Shown one piece after another: positions 36,101 through 47,624 of a DNA stretch of 64,000 bases. A program made the translations under genes and the position numbers. The notes beneath the pieces are model-generated. The model worked only from the letters and a program-made list of their open reading frames with translations, ran no database searches and was not told where the DNA came from. Position 1 is the stretch's first letter, and every line of letters begins with the position of its first letter. Origin of the DNA: Macrostomum lignano (lineage: Eukaryota); the NCBI GenBank assembly GCA_002269645.1, contig NIVC01000105.1, positions 225,992 to 289,991 on the forward strand, written 5' to 3'.

Positions 36101-36110
36101 TAACATTCAT
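24109..36110 (-). CDS. HNRNPUL1: hnRNP U / hnRNP U-like family protein (SAP - low-complexity/RS - SPRY - AAA_33 P-loop - RD/RGG - P/Q-rich), 8 exons, ~1266 aa
   Basis: Exons 36110-35963 (SAP: [28 protein letters not shown]), 31142-30889, 30811-29629, 28945-28833 (SPRY: [19 protein letters not shown]), 27404-26805 ([11 protein letters not shown]), 26340-26209 (RRNYIIDL), 25839-25668 (TNV...EMK) and 25307-24109 (RGG, PQ-rich). All junctions are GT-AG and in phase; total 3801 nt. The symbol indicates the family (invertebrate co-orthologue of hnRNPU/UL1/UL2). Confidence 0.9.
26590..26765. repeat. Short array of the 28-30-bp (CCCAGCAACTGAGGATCTGGGAGGCTGG) minisatellite in hnRNPUL intron 5
   Basis: Same unit as the arrays at 58510-60857. 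Confidence 0.9.
27489..27870. repeat. 157-bp tandem duplication, ~2.4 copies
   Basis: TCAGAAACGGAATGC recurs with its AGAAAC at 27491, 27648 and 27805, and the intervening sequence is near-identical. Confidence 0.92.
28060..28560. repeat. 41-bp minisatellite (TTCAGGTGAGTCACTAATCCCATAATATTGCATTCAGGTAC)n
   Basis: Visible period. Confidence 0.93.
29145..29525. repeat. 34-bp minisatellite (GAGTCACTAATCCCTAATCTAGGGTAATTCAGGT)n
   Basis: Visible period; shares CAGGTGAGTCACTAATCCC with the 41-bp array. Confidence 0.93.
30640..30805 (-). repeat. Coding 24-bp repeat (PEAAIQPE-like 8-aa unit, ~7 copies) at the start of hnRNPUL exon 3
   Basis: Translates in the exon frame as [35 protein letters not shown]... 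Confidence 0.8.
31677..31848 (+). mobile_element. Degenerate copy of the ~170-bp palindromic MITE family
   Basis: Colinear with 42186-42357 (GCAACC..GGGATTCAC..TTTCTATTGGCAACAC..CACGTG..TTGCCAATAGAAA..AAGGTTGCGC). Confidence 0.7.
31891..32054 (-). mobile_element. Palindromic MITE copy in reverse orientation, 8-bp TSD
   Basis: Ends CATAC...GCATG; flanks TATTAAAA / TATTGAAA (7/8 match). Confidence 0.8.
32693..33049 (+). mobile_element. tRNA-derived SINE, ~357 bp, full length, 14-bp TSD
   Basis: Head GGGGCCGTAGCCCAGCAGTAGAGC (A box) and GGCTCGATTCC (B box); A-rich end TAATAAAA; TSD AAGTGAAATATATA at 32679-32692 and 33050-33063. Confidence 0.88.
33124..33785. mobile_element. 662-bp non-autonomous DNA transposon, 18-bp TIRs, 10-bp TSD
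   Basis: TIR CATAGTCAGGAAGGTGGC / GCCACCTTCCTGACTATG is perfect. TSD GGTCATATGC at 33114-33123 and 33786-33795. Subterminal TGTGCGCC repeats at both ends. Confidence 0.88.
34468..34990. repeat. 178-bp tandem triplication
   Basis: CGGC(A/T)TCCAAATCAGATG starts at 34471, 34649 and 34827; the units are near-identical. Confidence 0.93.
35630..35912 (-). mobile_element. Second copy of the tRNA-derived SINE, internally deleted
   Basis: The reverse complement aligns to the head and tail of 32693-33049; ~85 bp of the body is missing. Confidence 0.85.
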
Positions 36111-37719
36111 ATTTATTCAGTGCAATTAGTACAAGGTAGTGGGTATTAAACAATATAAAAACGATTTTTAAATACACAATTTGCAGAACGCTTGCTTCCT
36201 AACTCAATAAACTACGAACTTAAACGTTCAATTACTTCTCGTTTTACAATCTCTGGCTAATAAGAATTGAGTCTGTAAGGAAGTTACATTAAGCTCCAAG
36301 GTAAAGCATACGGCATATGCCACATGTAGCAGTGGGCTTTAAGTCGTAGGTGTAATAAAATAACAAGCACTATGTCAATGACTCGGGATTCAACGTTTTA
36401 CTGCATGATAGAGCGACAACTAACCATTGCACGGCATGGCTGATGAAGGTTACAATGTGACGCTTCGTCGCTTGAAAAATATTTTGTTTGATAAATTTAT
36501 ACAAGAATATGTTAACAAAACCTAAATAGTGTAATCATTTTTAAGCATAAATATTGTTGTAAGTTTCTTTTTGTATCTAATAAAAATTTATTTACTACAA
36601 AATTACTAAATAAGTATATTATCTAGAACGCGGAAAATTATGCCACTATTTTTTAATATCGAAGGGCCGAGGTTAAATTGGCAAAACTTCAGGCGGTGGC
36701 ATTCAAGCAAGCAGTCAAAAAATGTCGTTTTTAATGTGTACGTACAGTAGCCTTCATGGCATGCATCCCTCCTTCGTCCTCCTGATGCAAAGTTTGAATG
36801 CATTTGCATTAACACGTCCATATCCACGGCACATTTTAAGCCGCTTTTACTAGTTAAAATACATTACCTTCAATTGCGTTGAATGTAGAATGCGATGCTT
36901 GTGAATTGAAACATATTAATTAATTTTTCAATTTTACATGTTACTAGACAATGTACAAGTAATAAAAATTGTATAACTTCTTTATTTGACTAAGAAATTA
37001 TTCTACCGTTGATGCACAGACCTACATCCACAAGATACAATACAAATACATAAAATAATAACAAAGACTCAGCAAAGTCATTCATCAAAATTATATACAG
37101 TACCGCCGGTTTGAATTCCCAGCACCAGAATAAAATTACACCCAAATGTAGCTTATCTGGCTTATTAAAAACAATAATGTTATTAATTTTAACACAGATG
37201 CCGTAGCAACACAAAGTGCAATTCTTATTGATTCTATAATTGGTGTATTTCAAAGCAAAGAAAAAATAAAATAGCTTTATAAAATAATAATCTCTTGTAG
37301 ATGGAGTCATGGTTCGTGCTACGTGTACAACAATCAATATCATACTCGCGGTGCACGGTGCTAAAGCCATATTGAAACAGAGTTCACACGAAGGACAAAA
37401 ATTGAAATCTATACGACAACCGGAAAAAATCAACACAGCATATTGGGAAGTTTTTGTTAATTTGTTCGCTGACACAAACATAATATAATAGTATGGTTAT
37501 AAGTCATTTATGAACATTGACTATGTCACGACATCTACAAGACTATCGCGATACATATTATTGTCATGTATAGAAATTTGTTTAAAATTAGAAAGATTTT
37601 CAAAGTTTATTGTGATCACAATTTCAGAAGTTTCATTATTTGATGAAATAAGGAGGCATGCGCAATACACGACTGTGACCCAGCTATTGAGAAAAACCGT
37701 ATTATAGGTTTGTTAAAAC

Positions 37720-38177
37720 CACAGATACTAGAACAACCAGATGGGCCACTCAGCACATTTGCGTGTAAGCTACTTTCAGTTCAGTAGCAAGTTAAATAGA
37801 AGCATTTTAATGTATTTTTAAAGCCAAGGCTCATTTATTGCTCTTACCCCCCTCCCCCACTTAAACCTCCAACCGCGCCTTTCCACACTACCCCCCTCGC
37901 CCCGCCCCACCCTAATTTTTATTGCCTTTCTCGGGATTCCAGCCTAAAGCGGCCACGTACATTTCAGTGGACTGGCTAATGTACATTACTGCCGAACCAA
38001 TTAGCAAGCTGTTTGCGCCTGCAAGCTTGGGCTTCTAAACTTATCAAAGTCATTTCAGCTGCCTTTATTTTTATAAAATAGCTTATGTATACTTCCTTGC
38101 TACTGAACTGAAAGTAGAAAGCTGTTTTACTAAGTATATATGCCTGAGTGGCCCATCTAGTCACTCCAGTATCTGTG
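37720..38177. mobile_element. 458-bp MITE with CACAG...CTGTG termini and 8-bp TSD (P-superfamily-like)
   Basis: ~36-bp imperfect TIRs CACAGATACTAGAACAACCAGATGGGCCACTCAG; TSD GTTAAAAC at 37712-37719 and 38178-38185; other copies at 54961 and 62734. Confidence 0.88.
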
Positions 38178-38421
38178 GTTAAAACAAAGTTATTACGAGC
38201 TAATTTGAATAACAGACAAAACACAGAAGCAACAGACTAGAGAGAGACATCAGTTAGTAGTCTGTAAAACCACCGATTAACAAACGCATTCGATATTGTC
38301 AGACACTGTAATTTTGAATTCAATAATAGTTGTTTATTAATCTGTGGTTTTGGAAAAAAAGACGTTTAAAACGACACACAAAATCCAAATTTTTCTACTA
38401 TAAGTAGCCTGATTTGAGTAT

Positions 38422-41400
38422 TTAATGATGCGCCAGACTAGCGGGCTGCTGCAGTTGAGTCCGCACGGATTTGTACAGCCCGAATTGAGCCCCGAATCGG
38501 AGCCGGCTGCCGCGCAGCAGGTGCGGATTAACGGCCACAGCCGACGAGATGCCGCTATTCGGCGTAGCGTAAGCTGTCGGAATTGACGATTGATTCTGCT
38601 GACTAGCAACTGTGCTGGAGCTCAGCCACTCTCTGCTGCCGGCGCCGCCCTCTTCGCAGCCGGACAATTCAACAGGTGTCACCTCAATTGATGAACTACT
38701 TGTAGTAGTATTAGCAGCAGTGGTTTTAAGTTCTTCTTTCTTTACCGGAGACGCTCTCTGTCGATCGATAGTTCGACTAATAGCGCTACCAAGACTGCAA
38801 TCCGAAGCTGACAGTGGCGATTGAGTCTTTGTTGACTGCACAGTTGGTGAAGTCTTATTAGACAAAGACTGGGCAGAAGAGTCGCCTAGCTCGGCAAGCT
38901 GCTGTTGTTGCTGTTGCTCCTCCACGGTGTCCAGACGTTTAGACACCATGGCTAGAAGAGTCTCAGGCCGCTTTGGCGATGAAGATGAAGATGAAGCAGA
39001 CAGGAGAATCGGAGATGCTGGACTGGCAGCTGGACTTTTCGGCGTCGGAGTGGCATCAGTAGCAGGCGGAGGCGACGACACAGAGGTCAAAGGCATCGCC
39101 GACTGTTGCAGATTCGGCCTGCCTAGCAGCAGATGGTTCATCACCGGCTGGTCTAATCCGCTTGAAGGACCAGACGGGCAAGAGGATGAAGCATTTCCGG
39201 TTGCAGCTGCTCCGCCGTTTCCGCCTCCACCTCCAGCGGAAGCAATAACTAGAGACGCTTTCAACTGTCTAGATTGCAACTTTCGATAATTATTCATCAA
39301 ATGATTCAAATTGGTGTTCCTACGCTCCAGTTCGGTCCTGGGCAAGCCGGATAGAGCTGTCGAGTTTCTGTCAGATGACTGTTGCTGCTGCTGCTGCAAG
39401 GCGCTCAGGTCGCTGAGTCCAGCGCCAGTAGAAGCAGAATGCGGCAATGGGGCATTGCTTCCGCCGCCTGCCAGCTTGAGAGCGGCCGAGAAGCAGCCAA
39501 TACCAAGACTGCCGCCTCCGCCGCTGCCTCCACCGTTGCCACCACCGCTGGCGTGCATTGATCCGCCATTGCCGCCAAGGATGTCTAAATCGTCCCCGGC
39601 GGGATCGTTGCCACCGAATGCGGAGTCTGGATTGGAAGAGGGCAAGAAACGACGAAATTGAAATTGACGAAAACTGAGATAAGTTCTAAGATATCACTGG
39701 TTTCTAAAAGACCAAAGTTTACGAAGAAAAGAAAGAACAGGAAACTAAAATATTCAAGAAAATTAATGGATAAAAACTTTTCTACGTAATAGACGGTTAG
39801 AAGCATTTTTTTTAAAGAAATTGAAGAAATCTGGCATTTTCCAAGAAATCGATAGAAAATAATCTGGCATTTTACAAGAAATCGATACATAAAAATCTGG
39901 CATTTTCCAAGAAATCGATAGATAAGAATCTGGCATTTTCCAAGGAATCGATAGATATGAATCTGGCATTTTCCAAGAAATCGATAGATATGAATCTGGC
40001 ATTTTTTCAAGAAATCGATAGATAAGAATCTGGAATTTCCAAGAAATCGAAAGATAAGAGTTTGGCCTTTTCCAAGAAATTGATAGATAAGTGTCTGACA
40101 TTTTCAAAGAAATCGATAGATATGAATCTGGCATTTTCCAAGAAATCGATAGATAAGAATCTGGCATTTTCAAGAAATCAACAGATAAGAATCTGGCATT
40201 TTCCAAGAAATCTATAGATAAGAATGTGACTTTTTACAGAAATCGATGGATAAGAATCTGGCATTTTCCAAGAAATCGATAGATAAGAATCTGGCATTTT
40301 CTAAAAAATTGATAGGTAAGAATCTGACATTTTCTAAAAAATCGATAGATAAGAATCTGGCATTTTCCAAGAAATCGATAGATAAGAATCTGGCATTTTC
40401 AAGAAATCAACAGATAAGAATCTGGCATTTTCCAAGAAATCGATAGATAAGAATGTGACTTTTTACAGAAATCGATGGATAAGAATCTGGCATTTTCTAA
40501 AAAATTGATAGGTAAGAATCTGACATTTTCTAAAAAATTGAAAGGTAAGAATCTAACATTTTCTAAGATATTGATAGGTAAGAATCTGACATTTTCTAAA
40601 AAATTGATAGGTAAGAATCTGAGATTTTCAAGAAATCGATAAGTAAGAATCTGGCATTTTCCAAGAAATTGATAGATAAGTATCTGACATTTTCAAAGAA
40701 ATCGATAGATAAGAATCTGGCATTTTCCAAGAAATCGACAGATAAGAATCTGGAATTTTACAAGAAATCGATAAATAAGAATCTGGCATTTTCCAAGAAA
40801 TCGATAGATAAGAATGTGACTTTTTACAGAAATCGATGGATAAGAATCTGGCATTTTCCAAGAAATCGATAGATAAGAATCTGTCATTTTCTAAAAAATC
40901 GATAGATAAGAATCTGGCATTTTCCAAAAAATCGATAGATAAGAATCTGGCATTTTCCAAGAAATCGATAGATAAGAATCTGGCATTTTCAAGAAATCAA
41001 CAGATAAGAATCTGGCATTTTCCAAGAAATCGATAGATAAGAATGTGACTTTTTACAGAAATCGATGGATAAGAATCTGACATTTTCAAAAAAATTGATA
41101 GGTAAGAATCTGACATTTTCAAAAAAATTGATAGGTAAGAATCTGACATTTTCAAAAAAATTGATAGGTAAGAATCTGACATTTTCAAAAAAATTGATAG
41201 GTAAGAATCTGACATTTTCAAAAAAATTGATAGGTAAGAATCTGACATTTTCTAAGAAACTGATAGGTAAGAATCTGACATTTTCCAAGAAATTGATAGG
41301 TAAGAATCTGACATTTTCCAAGAAATTGATGGGTAAGAATCTGACATTTTTTAAAAAATTGATAGGTAATTATCTGAAATTTTCCAAGAAATCGATAGAT

Positions 41401-44400
41401 AATTTCCAACTAAAAAAATCTAATAAATATGCGAGCTCCCCTTCTGTTATTACTATTGATTTATGCACGCGCGAACGCGACGCACCAGCTCAAAAATCTA
41501 GTAGGGAAAAAGTGCACATTTTCCGGTTGAGAAGAGGAGAAGAGCCAGTTAGTTGATTTAAGCTTAAACAAAACACTGCAAATCAAGGTCGGAGAAAACC
41601 GCTGACCCGTGTGGGAGAAAGACGTTGGGCCACCCTACCCTCCCCTTCCCACGTAGTTTTATAAGCTGAGCAAAGCTGTAAAATATAGCAGCTCTGCTCA
41701 CCGCCCACCCCCTCCAAATTTCATTTCCCAACCGTTTAGTTATGGAAGGGGGGAATAAAATCCTTATAAGCCAACCCCCCACACTTCCCCCGCGTGCATC
41801 CGGTGAAAAATTTCTTCTTCGGCTTCAGCAGCAAACATGGGGATCGAATTCCCGGTCACGTGAAATAAGTCTTGAATGAAAAATCAGTCTCTCAAAATTA
41901 ATTTTTCAAGATTTGGGGATTAGTTGAAAATTCGAAAACGTCGGTGCACTTTATAATAAAAGTGTGAAATAGAAAAATCAGCATAGATATAAGCTGTGCC
42001 AATTATTCTTAAGCACGACCATCTTATCTTTCAAAAATCGAGACAAAACTGAGGTTGAAATCCTATATGGTCAATAGAATATAACAATTAAAATTAGGAT
42101 TTTTAAAATCTCCAATTATAGTATTAAAATCTTCAACCAGGGTATTAAAATCTTCAACCAGGGTATATAGAATCTCAGATTAGGACATGCTTGGGCGCAA
42201 CCTAGGGATTCACCCGGCCGTTTCTATTGGCAACACACACACGTAAGTCGCTATTGGACAGAATAGTAGTCACGTGACTGCTCTCAGCCAATAGCGACTT
42301 ACATGTGTGTGTTGCCAATAGAAACGGCCGGGTGATTCCCAAGGTTGCGCGTGTATGGATTAGGATATTAGAATCTCCAATCAGGATGCTATAATGTCAG
42401 ATTAGGATATTAGAATCTCAGATTAGGATATTAGAATCTCCAATCAGGATGCTATAATGTCAGATTAGGATACTAGAATCTCAGATTAGGATATTAGAAT
42501 CTCAGATTAGGATATTAGAATCTCAGATTAGGATATTAGAATTTAAGATTAGGATACTAGAATCTCAGATTAGGATATTAGAATCTCCAATCAGGATACT
42601 AGAATCTCGAATTAGGATATTAGAAAGTCACATTCGGATATTAATTCTCAAATTATGACATTGAAATCCCTAATTATGATATTAAAATTACCAATTATAT
42701 AACCGTTAATCCGGTAATTTTAAACAAATAGATTAGCAATAATAAAATTAGAACATTACGAAGCACCCAGACGCAGCCTCACCTCCTCGACCAGCGGACT
42801 TCCCAGACCGGGATCTCGAACCCCCGCCCACCGCAGCGGAGAACGGCTTTATATTGAAAGTGAATCTTTCTCTCAGTTCAGAAATTGCCACAGAAGGAAT
42901 TTCCGACATGGAAGCGTACAATTCTTCAATGAGCTGCTCTGTGGTGATGAGTGCCTCAGAGTTGAGCAGGGCTGTGATTTCGCCCATGTGGCAATAGAAT
43001 GCGTCTGCACTGTCCGCCTCTTTCAGTATTTTTGCTTGCAACTTGCGCCACAGGACCAGTGCGCAACGGAGTAGCATCTCACTGCCTGCAGGGTTGGGAA
43101 TGGGGATTTATTACTTATGAATGGGGATTTATGATTTATGAATGGGGACTTAATGATTTAGGAATGTCGATTTATGATTTATGAGTTGGGATTTACGATT
43201 TCTGAGTTAAGATTAAGGATTTCTGAGTTGGGATTTATGATTTCTGAGTTGGGATTAAGGATTTCTGAGTTGGGATTTATGATTTCTGAGTTGGGATTAA
43301 GGATTTCTGAGTTGGGATTGAGGATTTCTGAGTTGGGATTTATGATTTCTGAGTTGGGATTTATGATTTCTGAGTTGAGGATTTATAGTTTCTGAGTGGG
43401 GATGTATGATCCCTGAGTGGGGATTTATGACCTTCGAGTGGGGATTTATGATTTCTAAGTGAGAATTTATGGTTTATGAGTGGGAAGTTAAGTTATGATT
43501 TATATGTCGATCACCCGATCACGCAGGGATAAATAATTCGATTCAAAACAAATAAAACAAATACTCACCCTCCAGCATAATAGCGTCCCACAGTCGCAGA
43601 GTTGCAAACGCTGGCAGGCAGGTAGAAAACAGAGTTAAAAACCATTGAATAGTGAAGACGTTAACTAGCGGTGGCTCGTAGACAACAGCGGCAGTGGCTG
43701 GTGAAGAGGCCGCGTGAGCTGCAGAAGCAGCCGCCTGGAGCCTGTCCAGATGATTGGACAACTGCGGCAGGTGAGCGCGAAGGAGCTGACGGAACACCGC
43801 CATGTCCACAGTTAGAGCTTGCAGATTTTGAGCAAAGTAGCTCTCAGGCAGGCAGCTGTCAACTAGAAAGATCATCACTTTTAATGCTTCATCTTCGTTG
43901 CGTTCCATCACTTCGAGAATTAGCGCGGCCAACACGTTGAAGCCTTGGCAGTAGCCAACTCGCTTGTTCCAGCGGGCGTAGGCTGGGGTGAGTAAAGTGC
44001 AGGGTGAGATTCTTGAGGTTTGTAGGGTGAGATTCTTGGGGTTTGTAGGGTGAGATTCTTGAGGTTTGTAGGGTGAAATTCTTAAAGTTTGTAGGGTGAG
44101 ATTCTTGAGGTTTGTAGCGTGAGATTCTTGAGGTTTGTAGGGTGAAATTCTTGAGGTTTGTAGCGTGAGATTCTTGAGGTTTGTAGGGTGAGATTCTTGG
44201 GGTTTGTAGGGTGAAATTCTTGAGGTTTGTAGCGTGAAATTCTTGGGGTTTGTAGGGTGAAATTCTTGGGGTTTGTAGAGTGAAATTCAAAAGGTTTGTA
44301 GGGTGAGATTCTTAGGGTTTGTAGGGTGAGATTCTTAAGGTTTGTAGGGTGAGATTCTTAGGGGTTCGTAGAGTGAGATTCTTGAGGTTTGTGGGGTGAG

Positions 44401-47364
44401 ATTTGGGGTTTGTAGGGTAAGATTCTTGGGGTTTGTAGGGTAAGATTCTTGAGGTTTGTAGGGTGAAATTCTTGAGGTTTGTAGGGTGAGATTCTTGAGG
44501 TTTGTAGCGTGAGAGTCTTGAGGTTTGTAGGGTGAAATTCTTGGGGTTTGTAGGGTGAAATTCTTGGGGTTTGTAGGGTGAAATTCTTGGGGTTTGTAGA
44601 GTGAAATTCAAAAGGTTTGTAGGGTGAGATTCTTAGGGTTTGTAGGGTGAGATTCTTAAGGTTTGTAGGGTGAGATTCTTAGGGGTTCGTAGAGTGAGAT
44701 TCTTGAGGTTTGTGGGGTGAGATTTGGGGTTTGTAGGGTAAGATTCTTGGGGTTTGTAGGGTGAGATTCTTTGGGGTTTGTAGGATGAGATTCTTAAGGT
44801 TTGTAGGGTGAGATTCTTAGGGGTTCGTAGAGTGAGATTCTTGAGGTTTGTGGGGTGAGATTTGGGGTTTGTAGGGTGAGATTCTTGAGGTTTGTAGGGT
44901 GGGATTCTTGGAATTTGTAGTGATGAGATTCTTGAGTATTATGGTCGATACATTACAAGCTTTTGGGTACAGAAAAATCAAGTCGCTCTAGACTAAAAAA
45001 GTACACTTTGTGAATAATGCAAAGACATTGTCAGGCGGGGGGAGATCAGACCTACCTCTGCGCATACCCTAGGGAAATTTACAGCTAATGGGAAATCACC
45101 TCTTCATAGCTCGTACGCTCGCATATCTCAACAGTGCGCGCATGAATATTTAATCATAGTTAATTTTAGACTGGGAAACAATCTCTTAATGTACACTAAT
45201 TTAAAATTATTTGCAGTCTAAATATAGTTTGGCTTTACATATCGCAATTGAACTTTAAATTTCTAAATGATTTTTTGAAAATTTAATTCAGAAAAAGTAA
45301 GACACGCGATAATACAAAAATGCTTGCGTGTGAAGAGTGTGTGAGCACTGATAAGGGAGCCAGTGTGAGCACTGATAAGGGAGCCAGTGTGAGCACTGAT
45401 AAGGGAGCCAGTGTGAGCACTGATAAGGGAGCCAGTGTGAGCACTGATAAGGGAGCCATTGTGAGCACTGATAAGGGAGCCAGTGTGAGCACTGATAAGG
45501 GAGCCAGTGTGAGCACTGATAAGGGAGCCAGTGTGAGCACTGATAAGGGAGCCAGTGTGAGCACTGATAAGGGAGCCATTGTGAGCACTGATAAGGGAGC
45601 CATTGTGAGCACTGATAAGGGAGCCAGTGTGAGCACTGATAAGGGAGCCATTGTGAGCACTGATAAGGGAGCCAGTGTGAGCACTGATAAGGGAGCCATT
45701 GTGAGCACTGATAAGGGAGCCAGAGTGAGCACTGATAAGGGAGCCATTGTGAGCACTGATAAGGGAGCCATTGTGAGCACTGATAAGGGAGCCATTGTGA
45801 GCACTGATAAGGGAGCCAGAGTGAGCACTGATAAGGGAGTGATAAGTGAGTGTGAGCACTGATAAGGGAGTGATAAGTGAGTGTGAGCACAGAAAAAGTT
45901 CCCCGCAACCCGAGAAGTCCATTTCACTTACCCAACAGCACGCGTTTGAGCACAGCCCTGTCGTGCTCAGAGCCGAACTCTTCGCAGCCAGTCCTGTGCA
46001 AATCCTTCACAATCTGATGGTCGAGTGAGTCATCGTCCGGATTCAATCGATCGTTGAAGCACAGCTTTCTGATTCGCTGCCAGTCCAGTCGCTGAGAGGC
46101 CAGATAGAATTCGGCCAGAGATAGCCACACCTTTGATGGGGGAGACGGGTAGGGAATTTAGGGATGCCGGGTATAGCAAGTTATTGAGATATTAATAGTT
46201 CACTTTTGGATTGTAATATCAGAGAGGGTTGTGAATAGTTCCTAAAGAGTCTGGGAGGGTTGTGAATGGTCCCGAAATAATCAAGGAGGTTTGTGAATGG
46301 TCCCTAATGAATCAGGGAGGGTTGTGAATGGTCACAGAAGAATCTATGAGGGTTGTGAATGGTCCCAAACGAATCAGGGAGGGTTGTGAATGGTCCCAAA
46401 ATAATTAAGAAGGGTTGTGAATGGTCCCTAAAGTATCAAGGAGGGATGTGAATGGTCCCTAAAGAATCTGGGAGGGTTGTGAATGGTCAAAAAAGAATCT
46501 ATGAGGGTTGTGGTTCTCGTGAATGGTTCCTAATGAATCAGGGAGGGTTGTGAATGGTCCCCAAAGTATCAAGGAGGGTTGTGAATGGTCCCAAAAGAAT
46601 CAAGGAGGGTTGTGAATGGTCTCTAAAGTATCAAGAAGGGTTGTGAATGGTCCCTAAAGTAACAATGAGGGTTGTGAATGGTCCAAAACGAATCAAGGAG
46701 GGTTGTGAGTGGTCCCTAAAGTATCAAGTAGGGTTGTGAATGGTCCCGAAAGAATCTGGGAGGGTTGTGAATGGTCCCGAAAGAATCTGGGAGGGTTGTG
46801 AATGGTCCCTATATGATCAGCAATACTTGTGAATGCATTAATCTGATAAATAATGAAGCTACATGCATTTATAAAGAAAAAAACTGAACCAAAAGTACAA
46901 ACCTTTCTGCGAAACTCAACGGGAATTCCATTGGGCAGCCGGGCCACGGCGCGCATGCCATCGCGCCACTGATAAAAAGCATCCTCGCCTGGTTTTGGCT
47001 CGATTGTAAATTTCAGCTTTGCGTCCTGGCCTGTTAAATGACGGTGAGACACAGGGGAGAATAGCATGAGTACTAGGTCTGGTAGTCGGGGGTTCGATTC
47101 CGCTGATAAGGGTCACAGGGTGCAAGTACACTGACGGAGATGAGGGCGTGCTCTGAATCAGCAGTGTAATGTGCTTATTGACAATTCTTAGCAAAGTCCT
47201 CGCTGGTGCAAAACATTTTTAGTAGCTAGGCTAAACAGATATACAACAAAAAACACTGATGCAAACATATAAATTAATACGAAGGTGTGAGGCTTGTAGC
47301 ACCGCGTGCAACAGGATTTGAGCGGGACTTAAGCAATCCGGGATTTGAAACACAAGCAGAAACT

Positions 47365-47404
<40 letters not shown>

Positions 47405-47447
47405 TACAGACCCTAAGACAGACAGACAGACAGACATACAGACCCTA

Positions 47448-47480
<33 letters not shown>

Positions 47481-47555
47481 TACAGACCCTAAGACAGACA
47501 GACAGACAGACATACAGACCCTAAGACAGACAGACAGACAGACATACAGACCCTA

Positions 47556-47624
<69 letters not shown>

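Noticed and set aside
36990-37481. 163-aa minus-strand ORF upstream of hnRNPUL
   Set aside because: AT-rich, with no recognisable motif or consistent splice structure in any frame.
45263-45927. Four overlapping ~200-aa ORFs; regular repeat superficially CRISPR-like
   Set aside because: A 24-bp head-to-tail repeat with no unique spacers, in a eukaryotic intron, with no cas genes.
47075-47110. B-box GGTTCGATTCC suggesting a tRNA or SINE
   Set aside because: No convincing A box, cloverleaf, TSD or second copy in the window.
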